Shown here one piece after another: positions 20,812 to 31,778 of a stretch of DNA of 64,000 nucleotides. The notes beneath the pieces were generated by a model. That model made no database searches. It saw only the letters and a program-made list of their open reading frames with translations, and was not told where the DNA came from. A program made the translations under genes and the position numbers. Within the stretch, counting starts at the first letter, position 1, and every line of letters begins with the position of its first letter. The DNA is from an uncultured Gammaproteobacteria bacterium (GTDB lineage: Bacteria; Patescibacteriota; Patescibacteriia; Magasanikbacterales; UBA922): contig CAZMHV010000001.1 of the NCBI GenBank assembly GCA_964566225.1, positions 242,651 through 306,650 on the forward strand, read 5' to 3'.

Positions 20812-20994
20812 TCAGGGAGCGCTGGGTGGCTGGCGCAGGTACTTCCACATTTGCACGGGAATACTGAGCACCGCCCAAACGTAACAAACGATGAGAAAAC
20901 CGATCGCCGGAATCCGGACGAACTGATCTCCCAACGTCTCAGGCTGAAGCCCCCGCTGCATGAACGTTCGCTTCTTCTCCTGCTCTTGCGTCAT
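20812..20994 (-). CDS. GC-rich small single-TM orphan protein (60 aa)
   Basis: SD-like GGAGAG, ATG at 20994, hydrophobic IPAIGFLIVCYVWAVLSIPV, own promoter. Confidence 0.65.
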   Translation of the reverse strand: MTQEQEKKRTFMQRGLQPETLGDQFVRIPAIGFLIVCYVWAVLSIPVQMWKYLRQPPSAP

Positions 20995-21024
20995 CTCGTC
21001 TCTCCACAAAGAAAAACCAGGATG

Positions 21025-21053
21025 ACTCTATCATGTTTTTTGAAGAAAATCAA
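21025..21053 (-). promoter_or_regulatory. sigma70 promoter of the 60-aa ORF
   Basis: TTGATT-N17-TAGAGT with TG extension on the minus strand. Confidence 0.55.
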
Positions 21054-21075
21054 TGAGACATCAAACGAAAGAAGT

Positions 21076-21981
21076 TTAATTCTTTTGTTCTTGAACTTTG
21101 AGAACAGAAATGCTCTTTGCTTCAGTAATTTTTTGAGTTTCAAGTTCAAAAGAGTACTTTTGTTTATCAACGGAAAAATATACTACGGTCATAGTGGGAT
21201 TCACTCCAAGTACGTCTATGGTAGGATAGCCTACATCACAAATAGTATCAATTCCACTGTCTCCTCCACAAGGAACGGATCTTTTTTGTGACAAAGCAAA
21301 ATTTGGCACACCATTCACTAAAAATCCAACAAATTGAGCCGCTCCTTCTGTCTTACAGCTCACCACTCCATCTTTTACACTTTGACAAGTATCATTTTCC
21401 AAAGAAAATGAAATTTTACTTTCTTTTTTTGTGCTATCAATAACTGTCAAAGTCTGTGGAACCCCACAACCTTGATCTACCTTCACAGCAATTGCCGATT
21501 GTTTTTTTGTATCAATATAATAATTATGATTGACACCAAAACACATATCTCCATCGGTCAATTGCAAACGGAATATATTCACATTAGATGTTTTAGCAAA
21601 ACCAAAAGATCCATTTCCCATGCCAGTCCAAATATTTTCAAACAGCGTTACTGTTTTTTCTTTGCCTTCCAAAATCATGTCAGCTTTTTGGGGGTTATAC
21701 AAACTAAGATTTCCATTTGGAGTATCCACCGAAGGAAAATGAAACTGCTCAGATGCCTTCGTATTCAAAACCTCCCATTGTGATTGTGCTACCTTATTTT
21801 GAGAGTCTACCAGTTGTGTTTGTAAACTTTCTTTTTGTTGCAGTACGATCTTATATTGATTTTGAGTTTTCACTAAACGTTGATTTACACAAACCAACGA
21901 AACTACTAATGCAAGAAAAATTATACACAAACTTATGACAAAAATAGGCAAGCGTAAATTTTTATTTTGTTTTTTATTCAT
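21076..21981 (-). CDS. Membrane-anchored exported hypothetical protein
   Basis: N-terminal TM, coiled coil, Cys pairs. Confidence 0.7.
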   Translation of the reverse strand: MNKKQNKNLRLPIFVISLCIIFLALVVSLVCVNQRLVKTQNQYKIVLQQKESLQTQLVDSQNKVAQSQWEVLNTKASEQFHFPSVDTPNGNLSLYNPQKADMILEGKEKTVTLFENIWTGMGNGSFGFAKTSNVNIFRLQLTDGDMCFGVNHNYYIDTKKQSAIAVKVDQGCGVPQTLTVIDSTKKESKISFSLENDTCQSVKDGVVSCKTEGAAQFVGFLVNGVPNFALSQKRSVPCGGDSGIDTICDVGYPTIDVLGVNPTMTVVYFSVDKQKYSFELETQKITEAKSISVLKVQEQKN

Positions 21982-22089
21982 ACAATATGCGAAATAAAAT
22001 TATTGAAATAGTATACCATATTTATTTTATAAGTGAGAATGAAATAGTAAAAAAAAACTCCCTGGATTCAGGAAGTTTTTTACATGTCC

Positions 22090-24678
22090 TTACTCATCCT
22101 TCAAATACCGTTTCAAATACTGCCCCGTAGCACTCTTGCCAGTGCGGGCCACCTGCTCTGGAGTGCCACAGGTAACGAGTTCACCACCTTTGTCTCCGCC
22201 CTCAGGGCCAAGGTCAATCAGCCAGTCGGCACATTTGATGAGGTCGAGGTTGTGTTCAATAATCATGACGGTGTTGCCCTGAGACACCAAACGTTGGAGC
22301 ACATCAATAAGTTTGCGGACGTCTTCGTAGTGCAAACCTGTTGTTGGTTCATCGAGCAAATACAGTGTCTTGGTCGTACCACGTTTGGCCAGTTCTTTAC
22401 TGAGCTTAATGCGCTGCGCTTCACCACCCGAGAGGGTGGTCGCAGACTGACCAAGGGTCAAGTAATCAAGACCTACTTCGTTTAAAATTTTGAGTTTGTC
22501 ATTGATAACAGGAATATCTTGAAAAAATTCTTCAGCGTCTTCAATAGTCATGTTCAAGACATCAGAAATATTTTTTCCTTTGTAGTGCACTTGCAAAGTT
22601 TCGGCAGTAAATCGTTTACCTTTACACACTTCACAAATAATTTCTACACTGGGCAAAAAGTGCATTTCAATTTCAAGTGTCCCCTTGCCTTCACAGTTTT
22701 CACAGCGTCCGCCTGGTCGATTGAAACTAAAACGACCAACTTTGTACCCACGCATTTTCGCTTCGGGAGTGGAAGCAAATACTTCACGAATGGCGTCAAA
22801 GGCTTTTGTATATGTTGCCGGATTACTACGAGGTGTGCGACCAATGGCACCCTGATCAATTTCAACAATTTTATCAATGTATTCGAGTCCTGTAATTTCT
22901 TTGTGTTTGCCTACAGTGTAACGAGTGTGATTGAGTTTATTGGAAATAGCGCGATACAACACATCGTTCATGAGGGTTGACTTGCCTGAGCCAGAAACAC
23001 CTGTTAAGCACACCAAACGGCGCAGTGGAATTTCTACGTTAATATTTTTTAAGTTATTTTCTGTCACGCCTTTAATTTTAATAAACGGTGTGGCGCTATC
23101 TACTTTACGACGCTTTTCTGGAACCTGTACTTTTTCTTCACCACGCAAAAACTTTCCCGTAAGAGATTTTTTGGAGTCTCCTTGCATCGGAATCAGAGCA
23201 CCTTTGGCTAACTTTTTACTTGGGTCGAGTAAAATTTCAAGTGGACCACTGTATACCACATCTCCCCCATGTTTGCCCGCACCAGGTCCAATATCTACTA
23301 CCCAATCACTTGTGAGAATAGTATCTTCGTCATGTTCTACCACAATAATGGTGTTGCCAATATCACACAAATTACGAAGTGTTTTGACGAGTTGATCATT
23401 GTCTTTTTGGTGCAATCCAATAGTTGGTTCATCAAGTACATACATGGCGCCAACCAATTTTTGACCTACCTGCGAAGCCAAACGAATACGCTGCGCTTCA
23501 CCACCCGAAAGTGTGCCGGCGCGACGATTCAAAGATAAATAGTGCAAGCCCACATTGAGCATGAATTGCAAACGGTTGAGAATTTCTCGCATGGCAGCGC
23601 CGACAATTTCTTGTTCACGAGCCGTGAGTTTTTCATCAATATGCAAAAAGAAATCTACGGCATCGGCAATAGAAAGAGTGGTCACTTCCCAAATATTTTT
23701 GTCGACAATTTTTACAGCCAGTGCATTTTCATTGAGACGTTTGCCCTGACAGACACTACAAAGTTCTTCACTAAATAACTCCTTGGTACCGAGCCCAGTA
23801 CAAGTCGCACAGTAGCCATAGGGACTATTGAAACTAAACATACGAGGTTCAATTTCTGGAAAACTATACCCATCATTGGGACAAGAATACTCTGTGCTGT
23901 ATACAACTTCAGTTTTCTCTGGAGTGATCACTCCACACAAACCATTACTCAGGTCAACAGCATTTTCAACGGCTTCGGTGAGACGCTGCAAATGTTCTTT
24001 GTGCGAAGTAAACTCAGCATTGGTCAATGGAATTTTGTCTACAATCACTTCAATGGTATGCTTTTTATTTTTATCGAGCACCACTTGATCACGCAAACTT
24101 TTTATTTTGCCATCCACTCGAATTTCCAAATATCCACTGTTATACAAATCATAGAGCATTTGGTAATACTCCCCTTTTCGTCCACGAACGACTGGAGAAA
24201 AAATAATAAGTTCTCCAGAAGATTTTTTGTCACTCTTGCTACTGCCACCCAAATGCAAAACATTTTCTACCATTTGGTCAATGGACATTTTTTCAATTTT
24301 GGTGCCACATACAGGACAATGTGGATGCCCAATGCGAGCGAACAAAATACGCAGGTAATCGTAAATTTCTGTGATAGTCGCCACAATAGAACGAGGGTTG
24401 GCACTGTGTGCACGCTGGTCAATAGAAATAGCAGGAGAAAGCCCTTCGATTTCGTCTACATCTGGCTTTTGCATGCCACCCAAAAACTGACGAGCATAGG
24501 CGGAGAGACTTTCAATATACCGACGTTGGCCTTCGGCAAAAATAGTGTCAAATGCCAAAGAAGACTTGCCACTACCTGAAAGTCCAGTAAACACAATCAT
24601 TTTGTTGCGGGGGAGTTCCAAAGAAATATTTTTGAGGTTGTGCTCGCGAGCACCTTTGATAATAATTTTTTCTTGCAT
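22090..24678 (-). CDS. uvrA: Excinuclease ABC subunit A (short form)
   Basis: Two ABC domains ([18 protein letters not shown]), LSGGEAQRI twice, Zn fingers. Confidence 0.97.
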   Translation of the reverse strand: MQEKIIIKGAREHNLKNISLELPRNKMIVFTGLSGSGKSSLAFDTIFAEGQRRYIESLSAYARQFLGGMQKPDVDEIEGLSPAISIDQRAHSANPRSIVATITEIYDYLRILFARIGHPHCPVCGTKIEKMSIDQMVENVLHLGGSSKSDKKSSGELIIFSPVVRGRKGEYYQMLYDLYNSGYLEIRVDGKIKSLRDQVVLDKNKKHTIEVIVDKIPLTNAEFTSHKEHLQRLTEAVENAVDLSNGLCGVITPEKTEVVYSTEYSCPNDGYSFPEIEPRMFSFNSPYGYCATCTGLGTKELFSEELCSVCQGKRLNENALAVKIVDKNIWEVTTLSIADAVDFFLHIDEKLTAREQEIVGAAMREILNRLQFMLNVGLHYLSLNRRAGTLSGGEAQRIRLASQVGQKLVGAMYVLDEPTIGLHQKDNDQLVKTLRNLCDIGNTIIVVEHDEDTILTSDWVVDIGPGAGKHGGDVVYSGPLEILLDPSKKLAKGALIPMQGDSKKSLTGKFLRGEEKVQVPEKRRKVDSATPFIKIKGVTENNLKNINVEIPLRRLVCLTGVSGSGKSTLMNDVLYRAISNKLNHTRYTVGKHKEITGLEYIDKIVEIDQGAIGRTPRSNPATYTKAFDAIREVFASTPEAKMRGYKVGRFSFNRPGGRCENCEGKGTLEIEMHFLPSVEIICEVCKGKRFTAETLQVHYKGKNISDVLNMTIEDAEEFFQDIPVINDKLKILNEVGLDYLTLGQSATTLSGGEAQRIKLSKELAKRGTTKTLYLLDEPTTGLHYEDVRKLIDVLQRLVSQGNTVMIIEHNLDLIKCADWLIDLGPEGGDKGGELVTCGTPEQVARTGKSATGQYLKRYLKDE

Positions 24679-24825
24679 AAGGGAAAACTTATACTTTTAC
24701 GTATAAGAATAATAAGTATTCTCTTATTGTAAAACAGAACGCACGTTTTGTCAAAACCATAGAAAATGGCTTTGCTTTCCTCAGAGAAAAAGCTTATACT
24801 TTGAATATACTTTTTTTCTTATCCT

Positions 24826-25716
24826 ATGCGCTTCGGGCATACTACAATTTTCTTTTTTGTAACAACTCTATTTCTGGCAGGTTGCACGAATACTCCCCCA
24901 AATACCAAAACTCAGACATTGGTAGATTCTCAAAAAACAAATCATTTCCAATATGCCGCACCATGGGACAAGTCTTTTTTTGAATCTTTGTACCACAATC
25001 AATACCCACTCCCAAACTTACTCCCGCCTCTCAAAGGAGCCATTGTACCCCACCACCTCCTCGCAGGAGCCATTGATGCAACACTTTTTGAACACCTCCA
25101 AAAACAGCACCCTTCAACAATTGTCATTATTGGGCCAAACCACTTTTCCCGTGGACATGGCGATGTGATTACAACGGCTCGTGACTGGAAAACTCCCTTT
25201 GGAGATGTGCAAACAAACAAACATATTCTGACCCTCCTTCAAAGAAATCATCTTGTGTCTATCAATGAAGAAGTAATGAAAGAAGAACACAGCACCTATA
25301 CCATAATTCCGTTTATAAAAAAATCTCTTGATGGGGCTACGGTTGTACCACTCGTTATCCAACCATACGCTGCTACAACCACACTCAACGCGATTGCAGA
25401 ACTTCTTTTTCAAAACCTTCCACCAGATGCAGTGATTGTTGGTTCAGTAGATTTTTCACATTATAAAGATCTAGAGACAGCAAACAAAAATGATGCCGTC
25501 ACGAGAGAAACCATGAAAAATTTTGACTACAATGCTCTTGGCAGTCTCGACATTGATTCTCCCAAAAGCATTTACCTTATTTTACAGCTGATGCAAAAAT
25601 TTGAGTCCACTAACATTGTTCATGAAATTCAGTCAAATTCTGCGATTATTGCCAGAGACCCAAAGGCAAAAGAGACCACCAGTTATTATTCCCCCTACTA
25701 TGGTAAAAAAGAGTAA
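24826..25716 (+). CDS. MEMO1 family (AmmeMemoRadiSam protein B-like) lipoprotein
   Basis: IVPHH, IGPNHF, EHS, SVDFSHY; lipobox LAGC. Confidence 0.85.
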   Translation: MRFGHTTIFFFVTTLFLAGCTNTPPNTKTQTLVDSQKTNHFQYAAPWDKSFFESLYHNQYPLPNLLPPLKGAIVPHHLLAGAIDATLFEHLQKQHPSTIVIIGPNHFSRGHGDVITTARDWKTPFGDVQTNKHILTLLQRNHLVSINEEVMKEEHSTYTIIPFIKKSLDGATVVPLVIQPYAATTTLNAIAELLFQNLPPDAVIVGSVDFSHYKDLETANKNDAVTRETMKNFDYNALGSLDIDSPKSIYLILQLMQKFESTNIVHEIQSNSAIIARDPKAKETTSYYSPYYGKKE

Positions 25717-25758
25717 TACAATGGTATACTAAACGAAATAAACATAATCAAACCTTTT

Positions 25759-27798
25759 ATGAATCCAAAACAAAAAAACGTCGTCCTCATCTTTGTAGGA
25801 GCCGGAATTGCCCTGTGTATTGGCGCAGTGATTTTTGTACTGGTCATGACCATACTCCAAATGGGCAGAGAAAATGAAGGCCTCGCACGAGCACTTGAGG
25901 AAGAAAGACAAAGAAATACTCCTCCAGTGGTTGAAGATCAACCCCCTGCACAAGACACCCCTACACCCGTTGTTGACGAAACAATTGTGGCAACAGACGA
26001 TTTTGGCAGTTACACCATGTTTGCACAAGGGAATAATATAAATGCACCCCTGCGAAACTATTCAAAAGAATTTGAAAATAATCCTATTGAAGTACAATGG
26101 AACAAAGGAGCCAAAAAAATAAGTAAATCAGACACACTGGCTCTCATTCAAAAAATTGATCCCACATTTCAGCACCGCGACTTTACAGGACCTTGTGATA
26201 CTGGATCTACCGAATGTTATGTACACGCATACGAACTTGGAAAAATTACTTCACCCCAAAAAATTAGTGGCAAAACTTTGTATCTTTTTGCACTCCCAAG
26301 TTCTGGAATGGGCATATACTATGAAACGTATCTCGCTTTTTTTGAAGAAAAAACAAACCAATATATTGTTATTCAAAAAGATCTTGTAGATTACAAACCA
26401 GGAGTCTACTATGCAACAGAAAAACGTTTTCTTACTGGAGGAATTATCTTTCAAAATATTGCTTCACTTGAAAAACCAAATACTTTGGCATTCCCAGGGA
26501 CAGACTCTATTTTACAATTTATAAAATCCGAAACTCCCAAAGACATATTTCAAAATTATTCTCCAGCTGAAAATCGTGGAGGAATTATCGATATTCAAAA
26601 AAATGAGATTGTCGATTACTCTCGTCGATACAACAAAAATAACCTTGCATTCAATGATCCAAAATATGGTCCGGTATATCTTTACAACCGTGGCTACCAC
26701 ATTATCCTTCCAGATGGATCGGTTCAAATATATGAACTTATTCCATCATTTTTGAAAGCACTCGTCCCACCAGGAGCTGATAAAAATTTATTTTCCAACC
26801 GATACGAAGCAAAAGTTACATGGACTGATGGACGAAAAAACGAAAATGAAACCTACATGATTGGTGGAGATATCAATGTGGGTGGTTGTGTTGCAGGAAT
26901 TAAAACCTGTACCAATATTGTCAATGCAAATCCTTGGTTCCAAGAAAAAAATCTTGTCGTGGTTGGAAAAACGCACAAGGGAGAAAGTATCTATGAACTG
27001 AGCGATGGACTCAACAAATATTATAAAGAACTCTTTGACTTTGGGTATGTAGCATCTCGTCTATATCCGAATTCAGATCCAACAAGACAAACAGATCGAC
27101 CCACTCTTACACAAGATCAACTTGATGCCATGAGTGATACCGAAAAATTCAAAGATTTTCTCCTCGATCACCCCCTCTTCTTCTGGAAAGATCATGCTGG
27201 CAACTGGCGCATTTACCAAAAAGCAAAGTATCAATCCATGGTTGAATGTGGAAAACCAGTTATCTATCTCTACCCAACCAAAGAAACCAATGTTCATGTT
27301 GAAGTGAAGCCTCAGGGTGGATTTACGATCACAGAACCAGCGTACGGCACAAAGGGATGGGACGTTCGAGCCACACCAAGTGGAAAACTCACCAACCTCG
27401 CTGACCAAAAAGCCTACCCATACTTATTTTGGGAAGGCATTGGATACAACTACAACAAACCAGCACAAGGATTTGTACTCAAACGTGAAAATGTACAAAG
27501 CGAAATGAAAAAAATTCTTGCGCGTTTGGGATTGAATGAAACTGAACAAAAAGATTTTCTCGAATTTTGGGCTCCAAAACTTGAGACGAAACCATTTGTG
27601 TTTGTCACCTTTATTGACCAAAAAGTATTTGACACAATTGCACCGCTTACGGTTTCACCAAAACCAGACAGTGTGATTCGTGTATTTATGGACTACACTC
27701 CACTTGAAAAAGAAATCAAAGTGGCTCCACTTTCTTTTCAAACTCCAGAACGAAAAGGATTTACGGTCGTAGAATGGGGTGGCGCTTTGCACCGTTAA
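25759..27798 (+). CDS. Membrane-anchored hypothetical protein with C-terminal KPVIYLYP...VEWGG domain
   Basis: N-terminal TM; conserved uncharacterised C-terminal domain (YLFWEG, P.PD..IRVFM, VVEWGG). Confidence 0.75.
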   Translation: MNPKQKNVVLIFVGAGIALCIGAVIFVLVMTILQMGRENEGLARALEEERQRNTPPVVEDQPPAQDTPTPVVDETIVATDDFGSYTMFAQGNNINAPLRNYSKEFENNPIEVQWNKGAKKISKSDTLALIQKIDPTFQHRDFTGPCDTGSTECYVHAYELGKITSPQKISGKTLYLFALPSSGMGIYYETYLAFFEEKTNQYIVIQKDLVDYKPGVYYATEKRFLTGGIIFQNIASLEKPNTLAFPGTDSILQFIKSETPKDIFQNYSPAENRGGIIDIQKNEIVDYSRRYNKNNLAFNDPKYGPVYLYNRGYHIILPDGSVQIYELIPSFLKALVPPGADKNLFSNRYEAKVTWTDGRKNENETYMIGGDINVGGCVAGIKTCTNIVNANPWFQEKNLVVVGKTHKGESIYELSDGLNKYYKELFDFGYVASRLYPNSDPTRQTDRPTLTQDQLDAMSDTEKFKDFLLDHPLFFWKDHAGNWRIYQKAKYQSMVECGKPVIYLYPTKETNVHVEVKPQGGFTITEPAYGTKGWDVRATPSGKLTNLADQKAYPYLFWEGIGYNYNKPAQGFVLKRENVQSEMKKILARLGLNETEQKDFLEFWAPKLETKPFVFVTFIDQKVFDTIAPLTVSPKPDSVIRVFMDYTPLEKEIKVAPLSFQTPERKGFTVVEWGGALHR

Positions 27799-27880
27799 AG
27801 TGCATAACTCTGCTTGCAAAAGATATTGGCTTTGGGTACACTAAAGAAAACTACAATTTATTTTTATTTTTATCTGTCGT

Positions 27881-28315
27881 ATGAACAAATTTCTCTCTTC
27901 GGCCGCAGCTCTTTCTGTACTGTTACTTATGGGTGCAGGATGTAGTCAGTCTCCAACAGAAACAACCCCACCCATTGACCAACCTCAAGTGCAACTCCCA
28001 GCGACAGAACCAACTCCAACAGAACCAGCGCAAGGCAGTGGCCTAGTGCTTACAGGAGAGGCAATTGGAAATAACATGGTTAAATTTAGTTGGCAAATTC
28101 CACAAGGTATGGAAGAACCAGCATCCTTCCGTTTAGTCCGTGGACCAAGTGAAGATCCAGCACTCCCACGAAGTTACTACTTTCAAGTACTTGGCAGTAA
28201 ACGTGAAATTACCTGGACAGGACTTCTCCCAGGAAAACAATTCTTTCGCATTTGTACTTATGTAAACAATGAATGTAAAGAATACAGTAATAATGTAGAA
28301 ATTGAAGTAAAATAG
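27881..28315 (+). CDS. Lipoprotein (Fn3-like)
   Basis: LLMGAGC lipobox, Pro/Thr linker, beta-rich domain. Confidence 0.75.
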   Translation: MNKFLSSAAALSVLLLMGAGCSQSPTETTPPIDQPQVQLPATEPTPTEPAQGSGLVLTGEAIGNNMVKFSWQIPQGMEEPASFRLVRGPSEDPALPRSYYFQVLGSKREITWTGLLPGKQFFRICTYVNNECKEYSNNVEIEVK

Positions 28316-28360
28316 TATTGCAAAAAAACGCCGGAATATATCCGGCGTTTTTATTTTATG

Positions 28361-28993
28361 TTAATAAACTACGACATTTCCAATGGTCTGACTCTGTCCG
28401 GCCGCGACCGCCTTTACTCGAGCGAGCCACTCACGAAGTCCCTGTGGCCATATTTTAGCTTCTAGACCATACTCTCTGAGCGTCGCTGAAACTCCTACCA
28501 CGTGTATACCCTGCCGAGAACAAAAATAAATAATTCTCGGCAGATGAAAATCTTGAGAAATAACAATCGTATTTGTCAAATGATAGACCTGAGCAGCACG
28601 TTCACAACTTTTGTAGGTGTTATACCCATGTGGATCAATCTGTATAGCACTCTCTGGTACTCCTGCATCGATCGCATATTTTTTCATAGCACTTACTTCG
28701 TCTGCATTATTGGCACCGTCGTCTCCAGTCATAAACAGGGTATGTACTTTCCCTGCGGTATACAGCTCAATACCACGTTTGACTCGGTCTTCTTGCATTT
28801 CACTCATAGTCACACCATCCTTTTTCATGCCACCACCAAACACCAGGGCCACCGTGCTGGTGGGAACTGATTCGATTGAAGTATATATTTTTCCTTTTCC
28901 AAAAGACAAAATATAAAGATTTGAAAACATAATAAATAAAAATCCACAAACAATCACAATCCATACATATTTTTTCAGTCGTTGAATACCCAT
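28361..28993 (-). CDS. SanA/YdcF (DUF218) family protein
   Basis: VFGGG, MTGD, GYNTY.S, SQDFHLPR, REWLAR. Confidence 0.9.
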   Translation of the reverse strand: MGIQRLKKYVWIVIVCGFLFIMFSNLYILSFGKGKIYTSIESVPTSTVALVFGGGMKKDGVTMSEMQEDRVKRGIELYTAGKVHTLFMTGDDGANNADEVSAMKKYAIDAGVPESAIQIDPHGYNTYKSCERAAQVYHLTNTIVISQDFHLPRIIYFCSRQGIHVVGVSATLREYGLEAKIWPQGLREWLARVKAVAAGQSQTIGNVVVY

Positions 28994-29001
28994 AAAAATT
29001 T

Positions 29002-29646
29002 TTATTTAAAAATATGTTCTTTCTTTCCCAAAAACTTTGGTTTACTGTGAACTACTTCTACTTCAAGCCAGGCTTTACTCCGGGCCAAAAATTCACGCAA
29101 ACCCCAGGCATTGAGCAAATATACATGTTTATCGGCACGAACTCCGATACTCGTTATACCAAGACGCCGACAAATATACAGTGCGCGTGGTAAGTGAAAC
29201 CCTTGTGTTACCAAAACCACATCTTTTTGGAGGCCAAAAATTTCTTTCGCCCGATAACAAGTATCATAGGTATCAAATCCAGCGTAGTCAAGAGTAATAT
29301 CTTCACTTTTTACTCCATTTTTTATAGCAAACTCTTTCATAGCAGTCACTTCATCATACGTTTTGCTCCCATTATCTCCACTCATTAATAACTTTTGCAC
29401 TTTACCCAGTCTATACAGTTCAACCGCTGTTGTTACTCTATCACTCAAAACATCACTGAGTTTTCCATTTGGCCGAACCCCTGCTCCAAAAACCAATGCT
29501 ACCGAACTTGAAGGGATATCGCTCGGTGAGTTATACACATATTTTTTATACAAAGAAATATGCTGAAAAATAAAACAAGATACTGCAAGACCAAGTAAAA
29601 TAAAAAAACCAACAACAAAAAATTTATTTTTACTCTGCTCAGACAT
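29002..29646 (-). CDS. SanA/YdcF (DUF218) family protein
   Basis: LVFGAG, MSGDNG, AGFDTY, TQGFHLPRA, REFLAR. Confidence 0.9.
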   Translation of the reverse strand: MSEQSKNKFFVVGFFILLGLAVSCFIFQHISLYKKYVYNSPSDIPSSSVALVFGAGVRPNGKLSDVLSDRVTTAVELYRLGKVQKLLMSGDNGSKTYDEVTAMKEFAIKNGVKSEDITLDYAGFDTYDTCYRAKEIFGLQKDVVLVTQGFHLPRALYICRRLGITSIGVRADKHVYLLNAWGLREFLARSKAWLEVEVVHSKPKFLGKKEHIFK

Positions 29647-29651
29647 ATTTG

Positions 29652-31700
29652 TTATTTCTTTTTCATTTTCTCTTTCAACTTCAACTCTCGCACCTCATCA
29701 CGAAGTATGGCAGCCAATTCAAACTCAAGTTTTTGTGCTGCCTCACGCATTTGTAATTCTTTGTCTTTGATGATTTCTTTGAGTGGTCGGTCGTCGCCGA
29801 GTAAATCAAGCGATGTAATGGATCCATGTCCACCACGTTTTTTGCGAGTCCCGGCTGCTTCTTGTTTTTTGACTGACACAATTCCAAACTCTTCCATCAT
29901 GTTTTTAATCGCCTTTTGAATGGTCTTCGGCGTAATGCCGTGTTCTTCATTGTATTTCATTTGCAAAGCGCGACGACGAGCAGTTTCTTTGACGGCTCGT
30001 TCAATCGAACCAGTCATGTTGTCGGCATACAACACCACTTGCCCATTCACATTACGCGCAGCACGACCAATGGTTTGGATCAAACTCGTTTCACTCCGCA
30101 AAAATCCTTCTTTGTCTGCGTCGAGAATAGCCACAAGCGAAACTTCTGGCATGTCGAGACCTTCACGAAGCAGGTTCACACCTACGAGCACATCATAACT
30201 GCCACGACGCAGTTCCGTAATAATTTCAATGCGCTCAATGGTATCGACATCACTGTGAATATACGCAACTTTGATTTTCTTTTCTTTTAAATATTCCGTC
30301 AAATCTTCAGCCATTTTTTTGGTCAGCGTCGTCACGAGTGTACGCTCACCCTTTTTGGTTCGCTCTTCAATGCGAAGAATGACATCTTCAATCTGTGATT
30401 TGTTTTTGCCGACTCGCTCCGTAACTGGCACAATGATCACTTCTGGATCAATAAGCCCAGTTGGACGCACGATTTGTTCTACGACTTGTTCACTTTGTTC
30501 AATTTCATAGGGCGAAGGAGTCGCAGACACAAACAAGACCTGAGCAACATTTTTGTTAAATTCATCAAATTTCAATGGACGATTGTCGCGCGCACTTGGG
30601 AGGCGAAAACCATGTTCCACCAGCACATCTTTGCGTGCTCGGTCACCATTGTACATGGCGCGAATTTGTGACGCAGTCACGTGCGACTCATCAATCACGG
30701 TCAAAAAGTTCTTGGCCGAATGTTTGAAATAATCAAGCAAAGTAAATGGTGGCTCACCCTCATTGCGCCCTTCAAAATGTGAAGAATAATTTTCAATACC
30801 ATTGCAGTAGCCAATATTTTGGATCATTTCAAGGTCATACGAAACACGACGCTTGAGGCGTTCATACTCGAGGAGTTTCCCCTCTTTTTGAAACAAAGCT
30901 AACTGCTTTTCAAGTTCGGCACGAATACTCACCACGGCTCGTTCACGCGCTGCTGGTGGCGCCACATAGTGACGCGCAGGGAAAAACCAAATATCTTCTT
31001 GCTCACGCAAAACCTTACGAGTAATGGGATCAATTTGTTCAATGCGATCAATCGTATCTGTGGTTTCAAATCGATAAATTTTTTCTTCATTTACCGGCAT
31101 GATTTCGAGCACCTGTCCGCGAAGCATAAAGGTTCCACGTTTCATTTCTGCATTTGTTCTTTCAAATTGCATTTCAATCAGTTGCTGCATCAGTGCAGTT
31201 CGGTCCATTTTTTGTCCTTTTTCAATATGCAAAACAATTTGTTCATATTCAGTTGGCGAACCCAAACCATAAATAGCAGAAACAGATGCAACAATAATCA
31301 CATCTTGTCTAGTGAGCAAAGCCTGGGTACAGGCATGACGAAGACGGTCAATTTCTTCATTGATCTGGGCTTCCTTTTCAATATACGTGTCGCTACTCGG
31401 CATGTACGCCTCTGGCTGGTAATAATCGTAGTAAGAAACAAAATACTCCACGGCGCTATCTGGGAAAAACTCACGGAATTCATTACAAAGCTGGGCCGCG
31501 AGGGTCTTATTGTGAGCAATCACGAGGGTAGGCATTTGTACCTGTTCAATGACATTGGCAATGGTAAAGGTCTTTCCAGAACCAGTCACACCGAGAAGCG
31601 TTTGGCGTTGAAAGCCTTTTTGGAGGCCAGAAACCAAAGACTCAATGGCTTTGGGCTGGTCTCCGGAGGGTTTGTAGTTGGATTTGATTTTGAATTTCAT
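29652..31700 (-). CDS. uvrB: Excinuclease ABC subunit B
   Basis: LLGVTGSGKT, YYDYYQPEAY, DESH, NLLREGLD, C-terminal UVR domain. Confidence 0.97.
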   Translation of the reverse strand: MKFKIKSNYKPSGDQPKAIESLVSGLQKGFQRQTLLGVTGSGKTFTIANVIEQVQMPTLVIAHNKTLAAQLCNEFREFFPDSAVEYFVSYYDYYQPEAYMPSSDTYIEKEAQINEEIDRLRHACTQALLTRQDVIIVASVSAIYGLGSPTEYEQIVLHIEKGQKMDRTALMQQLIEMQFERTNAEMKRGTFMLRGQVLEIMPVNEEKIYRFETTDTIDRIEQIDPITRKVLREQEDIWFFPARHYVAPPAARERAVVSIRAELEKQLALFQKEGKLLEYERLKRRVSYDLEMIQNIGYCNGIENYSSHFEGRNEGEPPFTLLDYFKHSAKNFLTVIDESHVTASQIRAMYNGDRARKDVLVEHGFRLPSARDNRPLKFDEFNKNVAQVLFVSATPSPYEIEQSEQVVEQIVRPTGLIDPEVIIVPVTERVGKNKSQIEDVILRIEERTKKGERTLVTTLTKKMAEDLTEYLKEKKIKVAYIHSDVDTIERIEIITELRRGSYDVLVGVNLLREGLDMPEVSLVAILDADKEGFLRSETSLIQTIGRAARNVNGQVVLYADNMTGSIERAVKETARRRALQMKYNEEHGITPKTIQKAIKNMMEEFGIVSVKKQEAAGTRKKRGGHGSITSLDLLGDDRPLKEIIKDKELQMREAAQKLEFELAAILRDEVRELKLKEKMKKK

Positions 31701-31778
31701 ATCTTGAAAGTGTATCAAATTGCTCACAGAAAAGCAAAAAATCCCGCTCTAAACGGAATTTCTTGTTTTTCTACTTTC

